Assembly (NCBI GenBank): GCA_024636355.1
Contig: JAGXHH010000037.1
Coordinates: 1 to 33,641 of the forward strand
Origin: Desulfobacteraceae bacterium
GTDB lineage: Bacteria; Desulfobacterota; Desulfobacteria; Desulfobacterales; Desulfosalsimonadaceae
DNA: 33,641 nucleotides
Reading direction: 5' to 3'
Shown here piece after piece: positions 1 to 8,814 of the stretch (position 1 is the stretch's first letter; the number at the start of each line of letters is the position of its first letter). The position numbers and the translations under genes are program-made. A model generated the notes under the pieces. It ran no database searches, was not told the DNA's origin, and saw only the letters and a program-made list of their open reading frames with translations.

Positions 1-1
1 A

Positions 2-2107
2 TCCGAAGCCGGCTACGAGATATTCCAACGGATGTTTGCCGAAAAGAGTTTTGCCTATGCAGCCGATGATGTCTTTGAATATCCGGCGGCACGGGAGCGC
101 CTGCTCGAACAGTTTAAAACGCGAAGCCTGGAAGGGTTCGGGTGCGATAACCTGAATTCAGGGGTCGGCGCGGCCGGGGCGTTGTTGTACTACATCCAGG
201 ATACCCAGAAGCAGGACATCGTCCACCTGACGGGCATCGAGACTTACAGTCTGGAAAATTTCCTGCTCATCGATGAGGTGAGCTGTCGGAACCTGGAGTT
301 GTTGTCCAATCTCCAGAACGGCGGCCGTCAGACGACCCTGCTCGGGGTCATGGACATGACGGTGACCGCCATGGGCGGGCGGGTACTGAAACGCTGGATC
401 CGGTATCCGCTACGTGATCCGGAAGGTATCGGCGCCCGGCAGGATGCGGTGGCGGCAGGGCTCGAACACGTCTCCGAGCGCCGGATGGTACGGGAGGCAT
501 TAAAAACCGTTGCCGACCTCGAACGTCTGGGCAGCAGGATTTCCATGGGACAGGCCAGTGCCCGGGATCTCTGCGCCTTGAAGCGATCCATTCGGAGTCT
601 GCCGGAAATCGTCGCCGCCGGCAACGATTTCGATGCCGCGCTGTTTTGTGTGGATGCGTCGCTTTTTTCGCCCCTTTACGCGTTGGCTGATCAAATCGAT
701 GCCGCCATTGTTGATGATCCGCCTCCGACAGTTCACGAGGGAGGCATGATCCGGCGCGGCTACCATGCCGAACTCGACGAGCTGATCCGGATCGCCCGGG
801 ACGGCAAAAGCTACCTGGCGGAACTCGAGGCCGAAGAGCGAAAAAAGACCGGCATCAATTCCTTGAAGGTCCGCTACAATAAAGTATTCGGCTATTATAT
901 CGAAATCCCGAAGAGCCATGTCGCTTCCGTGCCCGATCACTATGTTCGCAAGCAGACCCTGGTCAATGCGGAACGCTATATAACCGATGCGCTCAAAACG
1001 TTTGAAACCAAAGTGCTCGGCGCCTAGGAACAGCAGGCCGTGCTCGAGCATGAACTCTTCCTGGAACTTCGGACGGCCGTGGTCTCAGAAAATGCGGCCA
1101 TACATGCGGCCGCAGAATTTGTCGGTCTCATCGATGTGCTCCTCGGTCTTTCGGAACTCGCTGAACGAAACGGTTACGTGCGCCCCGAGCTCAATACGGA
1201 CGGGGTGATTCAGATCGAGGAGGGGCGGCACCCGGTGGTAGAAAAGCTGATTGCCGGTGAACGCTATGTCCCCAATACGGTACACCTGGACAACTCGGAA
1301 AACCAGATCCTGATCATCACGGGGCCGAACATGGCCGGCAAATCAACCGTGCTGCGCCAGGTGGCCATTATTGTCCTGATGGCCCAGATGGGGTCGTTCG
1401 TACCGGCAAAACGGGCCAGCCTCTGTCTCATAGACCGGATCTTCACCCGGGTCGGCGCCCTGGACAACCTGTCGCAGGGGCAAAGCACGTTCATGGTGGA
1501 GATGGAAGAGACCGCAAACATAATGAACAACGCCGGTCCCCACAGCCTGGTGATCATGGACGAAATCGGACGGGGAACAAGCACGTTCGACGGCTTAAGC
1601 ATCGCCTGGGCCGTGGCGGAGTACCTGCATGATCTAAAGGGGACAGGCGTTAAATCCCTGTTTGCGACCCACTATCATGAATTGACCGAACTGCCGAAAG
1701 TCAAATCCCGGGTGAAAAATTGCAGTATTGCCGTCAAGGAATGGAACGATGAAATCATCTTCCTCCACCAGCTGGTTGAAGGCGGCACCAATCGCAGTTA
1801 CGGCATCCAGGTGGCCCGTCTGGCCGGAATGCCAGAACCGGTCGTCAAACGGGCAAAAATGGTGCTGGCCAACATCGAAAACAACGGTCATGTTCTGGGT
1901 GAAAAAAAACATGGGGCGGGCCGTCGCCGGGCAAAAGGGGAATTCGAACAGCTGTCGTTATTTCGAAAGCCGGAGGAAATCGTTGTAGACCGGCTCATGA
2001 AGGTAGATATTTCATCAATGACGCCGCTCGAAGCGATCAACTACCTGAGTCAGTTGAAGGAAACGGTGCTGAAGAACGGTCCGCCGCCGGATGATTCCAA
2101 TAAATAA
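2..2107 (+). pseudogene. mutS: DNA mismatch repair protein MutS, 5'-truncated by the window edge and interrupted by a single in-frame TAG at 1025-1027
   Basis: Frame 2 is open from base 2. ORFs 32..1027 and 1040..2107 are in the same frame, separated only by TAG plus four sense codons (EQQA). The downstream part has Walker A GPNMAGKST, MDEIGRGTSTFDG, FATHYHEL and a C-terminal QLSLF clamp-binding-type motif. The upstream part reads like the MutS connector/core region (...ERYITDALKTFETKVLGA). Confidence 0.9.
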
Positions 2108-2239
2108 CAGTCGTCTCGCACAACAGCGAAACAGCCCATGTTCGCTGATTGAAGCAAAAGGTCCTTGATGTTTTCGATATTTTATGTAGTAAATTCGAGT
2201 AGACGTTCAAGCAACTACTTTCGTCCTGATTTTTCACTT

Positions 2240-4231
2240 ATGACAAAGCGTGCCATTATTCCGGTTCTACTGATGAGCTGCCTGGCAGTGCTCTGGTCCT
2301 GTGCCAGCGTGGGAGCGTCGTCAAAAGCACTCTATTTTGAGGCTGAAGCCTGTTACCGGACTCTTCAGAAGCAGCCGGAAAAACAAAAATATCGATCATA
2401 CTGGCTTCAATGCATCCGCAAGTTCGAATCGGTTTATGAAACCGACCCGGGCGGACCGTGGGCAAGTGCCGGCCTGTATATGACCGGCCGAATGTACCAG
2501 GAACTTTACCGGTATTCCTACAAACCGGCAGACCTCGCCAAGGCGGAGACGGTTTTCCGCACGGTCGTCAGGGAGTTTCCGACCAGTGCCTACCGGAAAA
2601 AGGCCCAGAGCGAACTGACGGCCATAGCCGCCCAGGGGGTCGATACCGGTCGGAGCGAAAAGGCCCGCCAGCAGTATTTTGAAGCTGAAGCCGCCTTCAA
2701 CGAATTGCGGGCGGCGCCGGATAAGCAGAAATACCGGGTTTACTGGATGAACTGTATCCGCCTTTTTGAAAACGTCCGCCAGACGGACCCGGACGGCGCG
2801 TGGGCGGCGGCCGGACATTTCATGACCGGCGAGATGTATCGGGAACTTTATCAACATTCCTACAAGCCGGCGGATCTTGCCAAAGCCGAAGAGATTTTCC
2901 GGCAGGTGGCAGCCGAATATCCGACAAGCGCCTACCGGGAAAAAGCCGAGGCCGCTCTGGATAAGAAGGCACCGGATAAATATACAGATGTAAATAAAGA
3001 TAAAGAAGATGTCCTGCGGGATCTGACCGGCGGGGATACGACATCGGGGGAAATGACCACCTCGGATGCCGGAAAAACCGGCGTTGCCGGGGAAGCGGCC
3101 AAGATTACCGGCGTCCGGTACTGGTCGAATCCGGAATATACCCGGATCGTAATCGATGTTAACCGCGAAACGAGTTTCCAGAACAACCTGCTGAACAAGG
3201 ATCCATCGAACAATCAGCCCCACCAGCGGCTCTATGTTGATTTGAAAAACAGCCTGCTGGGGGAAAACATCCAGCGAACGATCCCGATCGACGATTCCCT
3301 GTTAAAAGATGTACGCGCCGCCCAGTATAGCAAGGAGACGGTCCGGGTTGTCGTCGACATCAAATCGTTTGAGAATTACAATATTTTTTCTTTGAAAAAC
3401 CCCTTCCGGATCGTTATCGATGTCAGGGGAGATTCCCGGCAGACGGCTTCCGCCGGATCGACATCGCCCCCGATCGAATGGGGAACGGAAACCGCTTCGA
3501 TTGCACGGCAATTGGCCCTCGGGGTGCACCGGATCGTCATCGATCCCGGGCACGGCGGAAAGGATTACGGCGCACCGGGATTTGTTTCCGGCGTCCATGA
3601 AAAACATGTCGTCCTCGATATTTCCAAACGGCTCGCAGCAAGAATCCGCAACGAACTCGGGTGCGAAGTGCTGATGACCCGCAACGATGACACCTATTTG
3701 ACGCTTGAAGAACGCACGGCGATTGCCAATACACAAAAAGCCGACCTGTTTATTTCCATACACGCCAACGCGTCCCGGAACCGGGAAGCCTATGGCATCG
3801 AAACCTACTTTTTGAATCTGACCACCGATAATGAATCGATTGCTGTGGCGGCCAGAGAAAATGCCACCTCTGAAAAGAATATCAGTGAGCTCCAGACGAT
3901 TTTAAACGATCTGATGCACAATGCCAAAGTGAACGAATCGAGTCGGCTGGCCACAAGTGTGCAAAGCATCTTGTGCAGTCAACTGGAAACCGGTTTCAGC
4001 CGGATTCGGAATAAAGGGGTTAAACAGGCGCCGTTTTATGTTCTTTTAGGGGCCCAGATGCCCGCCATTCTGATCGAAACCGCATTTATCAGCAACGACC
4101 GGGAGTGCCGGCGGTTGTCGTCCCCCGAATACCAGGAAGCACTCTGCAGCGGCATTATTGACGGCATCCGGCAATACATCAAAGCCACCCGTCCGTCATC
4201 ATTTGTCTCCGTCGATAATCCCGGCGGGTGA
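2240..4231 (+). CDS. N-acetylmuramoyl-L-alanine amidase (AmiC-like). Domains: signal/lipoprotein-like N-terminus, two tandem TPR-like modules, AMIN domain, Amidase_3 domain
   Basis: Start chosen at ATG 2240 (MTKRAIIPVLLMSCLAVLWSCASVGA is signal-peptide-like); the track ORF begins at 2165. The AMIN-like segment is ITGVRYWSNPEYTRIVIDV...FRIVIDV. The Amidase_3 core is IVIDPGHGGKDYGAPG...ISIHANA...ILIETAFISN. Confidence 0.88.
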   Translation: MTKRAIIPVLLMSCLAVLWSCASVGASSKALYFEAEACYRTLQKQPEKQKYRSYWLQCIRKFESVYETDPGGPWASAGLYMTGRMYQELYRYSYKPADLAKAETVFRTVVREFPTSAYRKKAQSELTAIAAQGVDTGRSEKARQQYFEAEAAFNELRAAPDKQKYRVYWMNCIRLFENVRQTDPDGAWAAAGHFMTGEMYRELYQHSYKPADLAKAEEIFRQVAAEYPTSAYREKAEAALDKKAPDKYTDVNKDKEDVLRDLTGGDTTSGEMTTSDAGKTGVAGEAAKITGVRYWSNPEYTRIVIDVNRETSFQNNLLNKDPSNNQPHQRLYVDLKNSLLGENIQRTIPIDDSLLKDVRAAQYSKETVRVVVDIKSFENYNIFSLKNPFRIVIDVRGDSRQTASAGSTSPPIEWGTETASIARQLALGVHRIVIDPGHGGKDYGAPGFVSGVHEKHVVLDISKRLAARIRNELGCEVLMTRNDDTYLTLEERTAIANTQKADLFISIHANASRNREAYGIETYFLNLTTDNESIAVAARENATSEKNISELQTILNDLMHNAKVNESSRLATSVQSILCSQLETGFSRIRNKGVKQAPFYVLLGAQMPAILIETAFISNDRECRRLSSPEYQEALCSGIIDGIRQYIKATRPSSFVSVDNPGG

Positions 4232-4263
4232 TGCAATAAGTTAACGCATAAAGGAAATTAGCA

Positions 4264-5628
4264 ATGGGAATACAATCTATTTCCGTCCTGGATGGACGCT
4301 ACCGGCATTATATGGACGGCCTCAATGATATCTTTTCCGAGTACGGCCTGATGAAATACCGGGTATTCGTCGAAATTCAGTGGTTGAAGTTCCTGATTTT
4401 CGAGCTCAAGGTAGAAGAAGTCGATGCCGGCCTTGTAGATTACCTGGACAATATCTTTGCGACATTTACTCCCGAGCGTGCGCTCGAGATCAAAGCCATT
4501 GAAAAACGGACCAACCACGACGTCAAGGCAGTAGAATATTATATTAAGCAGCAGCTCATCGATGGCGGCTTCGATTCAATAAAAGAATGGGTGCATTTCG
4601 CCTGTACATCAGACGATATCAATAATACCGCCTATGCCCTGATGCTGCAGGCCGGCCGGTCCCATATCGTCGAGAGTCTGAGCCGGGTGCTGGACAGGCT
4701 CGAAGTGTTCGCCAGAGAAAACAAATCGGCGCCGATGATGGCCCGAACTCACGGTCAGCCGGCCACACCGACAACGGTGGGCAAGGAATTTGTCAATTTC
4801 GCATGGCGGCTGCGCACGGAAATGGCAAAACTTGAGGCCGTTGAGATCGGCGCCAAATTAAACGGCGCAAGCGGCAATTTCAATGCGCACCATTGCGTGC
4901 TTCCCGAAATCGACTGGATTGCGGCGAGTCGACGTTTTTTGACCCATTACCTCGGGGTTGCCCCCTTGCTCTACACCACCCAGATCAATCCCTGCAATTA
5001 CATTTCCGAACTGCTGCAGGCAATGATCCGAATCGCCGCAATTCATATTGATCTGGACCGGGACATGTGGGGGTATATCTCTCTCGGTTATTTCAAACAG
5101 AAGCTCAAAGAAGGCGAAGTCGGCTCATCGACGATGCCGCACAAGGTAAATCCGATCGATTTCGAAAACAGCGAGGGGAATATGGGGCTGGCCATTTCGA
5201 TGATGGAACACGTGTCGGTCAAATTGTTGATATCACGTTTTCAGCGGGATCTGAGTGACAGCACCGTGCTGCGCAATCTCGGGGTCCTGTTCGGTTATGT
5301 CGAGGTTGGATTGAAAAGCACGCTTAAAGGATTGGACAAACTGGCCATCGATCGGATCGCTATCGAAAAGGATCTGGCGGACAATCTCGAACTGCTTGCC
5401 GAACCGATCCAGACGGCGATGCGGATGTATAAAGAAGACGAGCCATATGAAAAATTAAAGGCCCTGACCCGCGGGCGCAAGATCGACCGTGGGGATCTGG
5501 TTGACTTCCTTGACCGGCTCGAAGCCCTGCCCGATTCGGTAAAAAACCGGTTCAAACAGCTGGAAGTCACAGCATATACGGGACTGGCTGAAGAACTGGT
5601 GGATCAATATTTTTCAGAAATGAAGTAA
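4264..5628 (+). CDS. purB: adenylosuccinate lyase
   Basis: 454 aa with the fumarate-lyase signature GSSTMPHKVNPIDFEN. The length and N-terminal LDGRY...EY motif are typical of PurB. Confidence 0.95.
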   Translation: MGIQSISVLDGRYRHYMDGLNDIFSEYGLMKYRVFVEIQWLKFLIFELKVEEVDAGLVDYLDNIFATFTPERALEIKAIEKRTNHDVKAVEYYIKQQLIDGGFDSIKEWVHFACTSDDINNTAYALMLQAGRSHIVESLSRVLDRLEVFARENKSAPMMARTHGQPATPTTVGKEFVNFAWRLRTEMAKLEAVEIGAKLNGASGNFNAHHCVLPEIDWIAASRRFLTHYLGVAPLLYTTQINPCNYISELLQAMIRIAAIHIDLDRDMWGYISLGYFKQKLKEGEVGSSTMPHKVNPIDFENSEGNMGLAISMMEHVSVKLLISRFQRDLSDSTVLRNLGVLFGYVEVGLKSTLKGLDKLAIDRIAIEKDLADNLELLAEPIQTAMRMYKEDEPYEKLKALTRGRKIDRGDLVDFLDRLEALPDSVKNRFKQLEVTAYTGLAEELVDQYFSEMK

Positions 5629-5780
5629 AAGCCAAAGTGGAATAGAGCAGCAGGCGCTGTTTTAATATTGACTTTAAATTGTGTATTCAATAGTTAGGAA
5701 TTAGAAAACAATCGTATTACAATTCGATTGTCTAGTAGCAAAACGAAGGGCCGGTATCGGAAAGGTTTTTAATCGGGCGA

Positions 5781-5795
5781 TGGTACGGTTTTTGC
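5781..5795 (+). promoter_or_regulatory. candidate sigma-54 (-24/-12) promoter, TGGTACGGTTTTTGC
   Basis: Matches the TGGCACG-N4-TTGC spacing exactly (GG and GC ten nucleotides apart), with one mismatch in the -24 box. It lies about 160 nt upstream of the Roadblock gene, inside an AT-rich 329-nt intergenic region. Confidence 0.35.
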
Positions 5796-5957
5796 CAAAC
5801 CGATTTTTTAATTGATTAAATCCATTGAATGCGTTAACAATTAATTGCGTTTTCACGCGAAAACAGCGATTTGTAAAATGATCAGACCGTATTCAAAAGC
5901 ACCTGCCGTTTTGCGAGGAGAACGCTTCAACCGGGATTTCTAAAGGGATGGTAATTA

Positions 5958-6350
5958 ATGGATTTTACGATTGATTTTACAAAAGAGCAGATTGAATCCA
6001 TCGAAGATGTTCTTCAGGAGGAGTTAATCGACCTCGGCGTACAGAGCGTGATACTGATGGATCTGGCCGGAAACGTGATTGTCAATCTTGATAATGGCGG
6101 TACCAGTCATGACGTTTATTCTCTGGCGGCATTGGCGGCGGGCAATTACGGGGCGGTCAGCGCAATGGCCAATATAATCGGCGAGCAGGAATTTTCTTTG
6201 CTGTTTCATAAAGGCGAGGAAGAGAGCATTCACTTCAGCAAAGTAGTCGAAGATCTGCTGCTTCTCACCATTTTTAATAAAGACGTATCTCTCGGTTTTC
6301 TGCGTTTGAAAGTGACCGAAGCGATCAAGCGGATTCAGATGCTGATTTAA
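5958..6350 (+). CDS. Roadblock/LC7-domain protein (MglB-like)
   Basis: 130 aa. The pattern ...LGVQSVILMDLAGNVIV...AALAAGNYGAVSAMA...LLFHKGEEESIHFSKV...LLLLTIF is typical of the Roadblock/LC7 fold. It sits immediately upstream of an MglA-family GTPase, in the same order as the Myxococcus mglBA operon. Confidence 0.7.
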   Translation: MDFTIDFTKEQIESIEDVLQEELIDLGVQSVILMDLAGNVIVNLDNGGTSHDVYSLAALAAGNYGAVSAMANIIGEQEFSLLFHKGEEESIHFSKVVEDLLLLTIFNKDVSLGFLRLKVTEAIKRIQMLI

Positions 6351-6499
6351 TGGCATATCCCGCGGCCGGCGAAATCGGCCCCGCATTCCGTCTCAAAGGA
6401 CAGGACTGACGGCACACCAGAGAAGATGCAACGGCTGTTGAATGATATCGACGTTCAACGGGAGCGGATTTAACAATAAATGTTCCGGAGGATAGCGAT

Positions 6500-7105
6500 T
6501 TGGCGTTAATAAATCCGAAGAAGCGGGAAGTTCAGGTTAAAATTGTCTATTACGGCCCGGGTCGTGGCGGTAAAACGACGAACTTGGAATTCATCAACCG
6601 CAAATTCAAGAAGCGGATTCTCAACGAAATGGTCACGGTCAAGACCTATGGGGACCGGACTCTTTTTTTTGATTTTCTGCCGTTTGATATCGGAGAAATA
6701 AAGGGCCACAGCATTAAAATCCAGCTATATACCGTTCCGGGACAGGTAAAGTACAATGCCACTCGGCGCCTGGTGCTCCGCGGCGTTGACGGGATCGTCT
6801 TCGTTGCGGATTCCATGGATCTCCGCAGGGAAATGAACATTCGATCCCTCCAGAACCTGAAAGAAAATCTGGAATCGTTTAACAAAAATATTTTCAATAT
6901 CCCGCTGGTCATGCAGTACAACAAGCGGGATCTTTCCGAAGAAGGCATTCCCATTTTATCGGAGGACGCCCTGCAGAAAGATTTGAACAGCCGGCTGAAT
7001 GCCCCGTATTTTCCAGCCAGTGCCATCCGCGGGGACAATGTGGCGGCAACCATGAAAAAGATTATCGCATTGACGGTAAGTTCATTAAGAAAAAAACTGG
7101 AATAG
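6500..7105 (+). CDS. mglA: MglA-family Ras-like small GTPase
   Basis: TTG start with GGAGG 8 nt upstream. The N-terminus [28 protein letters not shown] aligns by eye with M. xanthus MglA ([28 protein letters not shown]). Also present are [10 protein letters not shown] (intrinsic arginine region), LYTVPGQV (Thr in place of the Ras G3 Asp, catalytic Gln) and QYNKRD (G4). Confidence 0.9.
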   Translation: [201 protein letters not shown]

Positions 7106-7117
7106 GAGGAAAGGCCA

Positions 7118-7846
7118 TTGGCGAAAACGGAAGATGATGGGGGCATCGGAGCCGAAGTGAGCAGCAGGCTCGATGAACTGTTCGGTGAAGACGATGGTTC
7201 GGAGGCCCCGGGTTTGGATGCAGCCCCGGCAAAATCTGTCGGTCCGATGAAATCCAAGCCGCAAGCGCACGCGGAACCCAATGGTAATGCCAACGATGCC
7301 GAAGGTTCGCCCGTCAAGAATTTAAAGGCGCTGGTATTTGGAATCGACTGGGAGATTACAGACGATTCGATGAGAGCATTCCTCAAAGAGGTCCGGCGCC
7401 TCCAGCAGAAGTATCCGAACGACCAAATTCTGTCGATGTTTCTCAAGCTGCATGAATCGATCGGTAAATACATCAAAGCCAAAATGGCCCGTGCCCATCC
7501 GGACGCCCTTAACTTTGTGACATCTGTATTCACGGCTTTCGAAAAAGTCCTTCTCTCTCCTGGAATGCCGGAAGCGCAGAAGAAAAAGTTGTTGAGCAGT
7601 GAAGTAAAGACGTTTAAGGACTTTAAGCAGCGGGTTTTGAGCCGGGATAAAGCGGTGGCGCATGCTGAACCGCAAATCGCTGCGCCAGTCGAAGCCCCGC
7701 CACGGCAGGTGGTGGCGCCCGCGGCAAAACCAGCGGTTCGCCTGGATAACCAGGAGGCCCTCGATTATATCGTCGAGGAACTCAAGAAAACGATCAAGGC
7801 CGAATTTCATACCATTCGGCAGATTCTGAAGAATCTGGGCGCCTGA
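7118..7846 (+). CDS. hypothetical protein with an acidic disordered N-terminus, a helical core and a Pro/Ala-rich segment, adjacent to mglA
   Basis: 242-aa ORF with a TTG start 12 nt after the mglA stop, preceded by GGAGGAAAGG. I recognise no family. The composition is coding-like, and the antisense ORFs here look like shadows. Confidence 0.65.
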   Translation: MAKTEDDGGIGAEVSSRLDELFGEDDGSEAPGLDAAPAKSVGPMKSKPQAHAEPNGNANDAEGSPVKNLKALVFGIDWEITDDSMRAFLKEVRRLQQKYPNDQILSMFLKLHESIGKYIKAKMARAHPDALNFVTSVFTAFEKVLLSPGMPEAQKKKLLSSEVKTFKDFKQRVLSRDKAVAHAEPQIAAPVEAPPRQVVAPAAKPAVRLDNQEALDYIVEELKKTIKAEFHTIRQILKNLGA

Positions 7847-8102
7847 GCCGTTTGCGGCCGACGGTGTAATGTAACTCCTTTTAGCATTAAAAAAGAATAC
7901 CAGGACGGCAAGGAAGAAAGCGATGCTGACTTACACCGTGTAAGTTGAGGCGCTAAAGACCAGGCCAATGAAGGCGGCTTTGCAATGCGACATGGAAAAA
8001 TTCCGGGTAAACGGGGCACGCCCCTTTATCATCGAAGCGCCTGAGCGCCGGTTTTCAAGATTTGGCCTGGCGAAGTTTATTAAATGGATCGGAGGCATTC
8101 AT

Positions 8103-8576
8103 ATGGCGAATATCTTTGCGGGTGACATCTCCAAGCTCGTTCTTAAGCGGACGGTCAGGGCTGATTTAGGGGAAGTGTCCCTGGACAGTCAGATGCTGCA
8201 CGTCATGATGGAACTCGATGGGCAAAAGACACTTGGGCAGGTTGCCCAGTCGTTGAACATGAACCTGAAAACCTTGCGCGCAATCACCGACCGGCTCCAT
8301 CAGCTTCGGCTCTGTGAATCCGCTAAAGACTCGATGCCTGTCTTGAGCCGGGATTTTTTCTCCGTCCTTTCGGCTGAATTGTCGAGAGCCATGGGGCCGA
8401 TCGCCGATGTGGTCATAGAAGATGAAATCAGTGAAATGGGTGAATCCCATAATCGTTTTCCGTTACATCGGGCGGCTGAACTCGTCGATGTTCTGGCCCG
8501 GCAAATCCTCAGGGAAGAGCGAAAAGTAGCCTTCCAGCAGGTAATGGTAAAAGAACTAAGGGGAATTGGCTCTTGA
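8103..8576 (+). CDS. hypothetical protein with an N-terminal winged-HTH-like segment and a C-terminal helical module
   Basis: The ATG at 8103 has GGAGG 7 nt upstream; the track ORF starts earlier, at 7968. LDSQMLHVMMELDGQKTLGQVAQSLNMNLKTLRAITDRLHQLRL looks like a MarR/TrmB-type wHTH. The C-terminus contains an ...AMGPIADVVIEDEI... helical motif. Confidence 0.6.
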   Translation: MANIFAGDISKLVLKRTVRADLGEVSLDSQMLHVMMELDGQKTLGQVAQSLNMNLKTLRAITDRLHQLRLCESAKDSMPVLSRDFFSVLSAELSRAMGPIADVVIEDEISEMGESHNRFPLHRAAELVDVLARQILREERKVAFQQVMVKELRGIGS

Positions 8577-8814
8577 TTGGCGCCGGTAAATTCCCGTCTA
8601 TTGCATTGTCGTGATTTTTCATTCGCTCAACGCAGGTTATCTATTTGTTCGCGCATGATAAAGCACTCCGCTCTGTAGATGAATCCCTTAATTTAGATGT
8701 TTTTTTACCCGTTTTGTCCTTTTTACGAGAGTATTGACTCTTGAGGAAACCACCAAAGATGAAAAAAGGGCGCACCTTTTTCATATTGTCAACTTTGAGA
8801 AGGAGGAGTTAACC

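Noticed and set aside
1025-1027. The mutS TAG read as pyrrolysine or programmed read-through
   Set aside because: TAG is used as the ordinary stop for at least five other genes in this window (the ORFs ending at 7105, 11149, 12351, 15451 and 19779). The interrupted position corresponds to a conserved acidic residue, not a site where Pyl is known, and no pyl genes are visible. The possibility is kept only as a remote alternative in the finding.
2165-2239. N-terminal extensions offered by the ORF track (2165 for the amidase, 7968 for the wHTH-like gene, 8734 for the HAMP gene, 19661 for pgpA, 21097 for recA)
   Set aside because: In each case an internal ATG has a much better RBS and/or matches the conserved N-terminus of the family. 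The extension either overlaps the upstream gene or reads as non-homologous sequence.
5878-5943. A 21-codon upstream ORF (MIRPYSKAPAVLRGERFNRDF) ending 15 nt before the Roadblock start. A 15-codon ORF at 6426-6473 in the mglB-mglA spacer is similar.
   Set aside because: Neither has a convincing RBS or any compositional or regulatory signature (no runs of a regulatory amino acid). Both are indistinguishable from chance ORFs.
7861-7939. A 9-bp perfect inverted repeat ACGGTGTAA / TTACACCGT separated by 61 nt in the 256-nt spacer before gene 8103. A short GGGGCACGCCCC hairpin lies at about 8014-8027.
   Set aside because: The arms are short relative to the loop and no T-run follows. No known riboswitch or ncRNA motif is recognisable. 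This is too weak to call a feature without covariation evidence.
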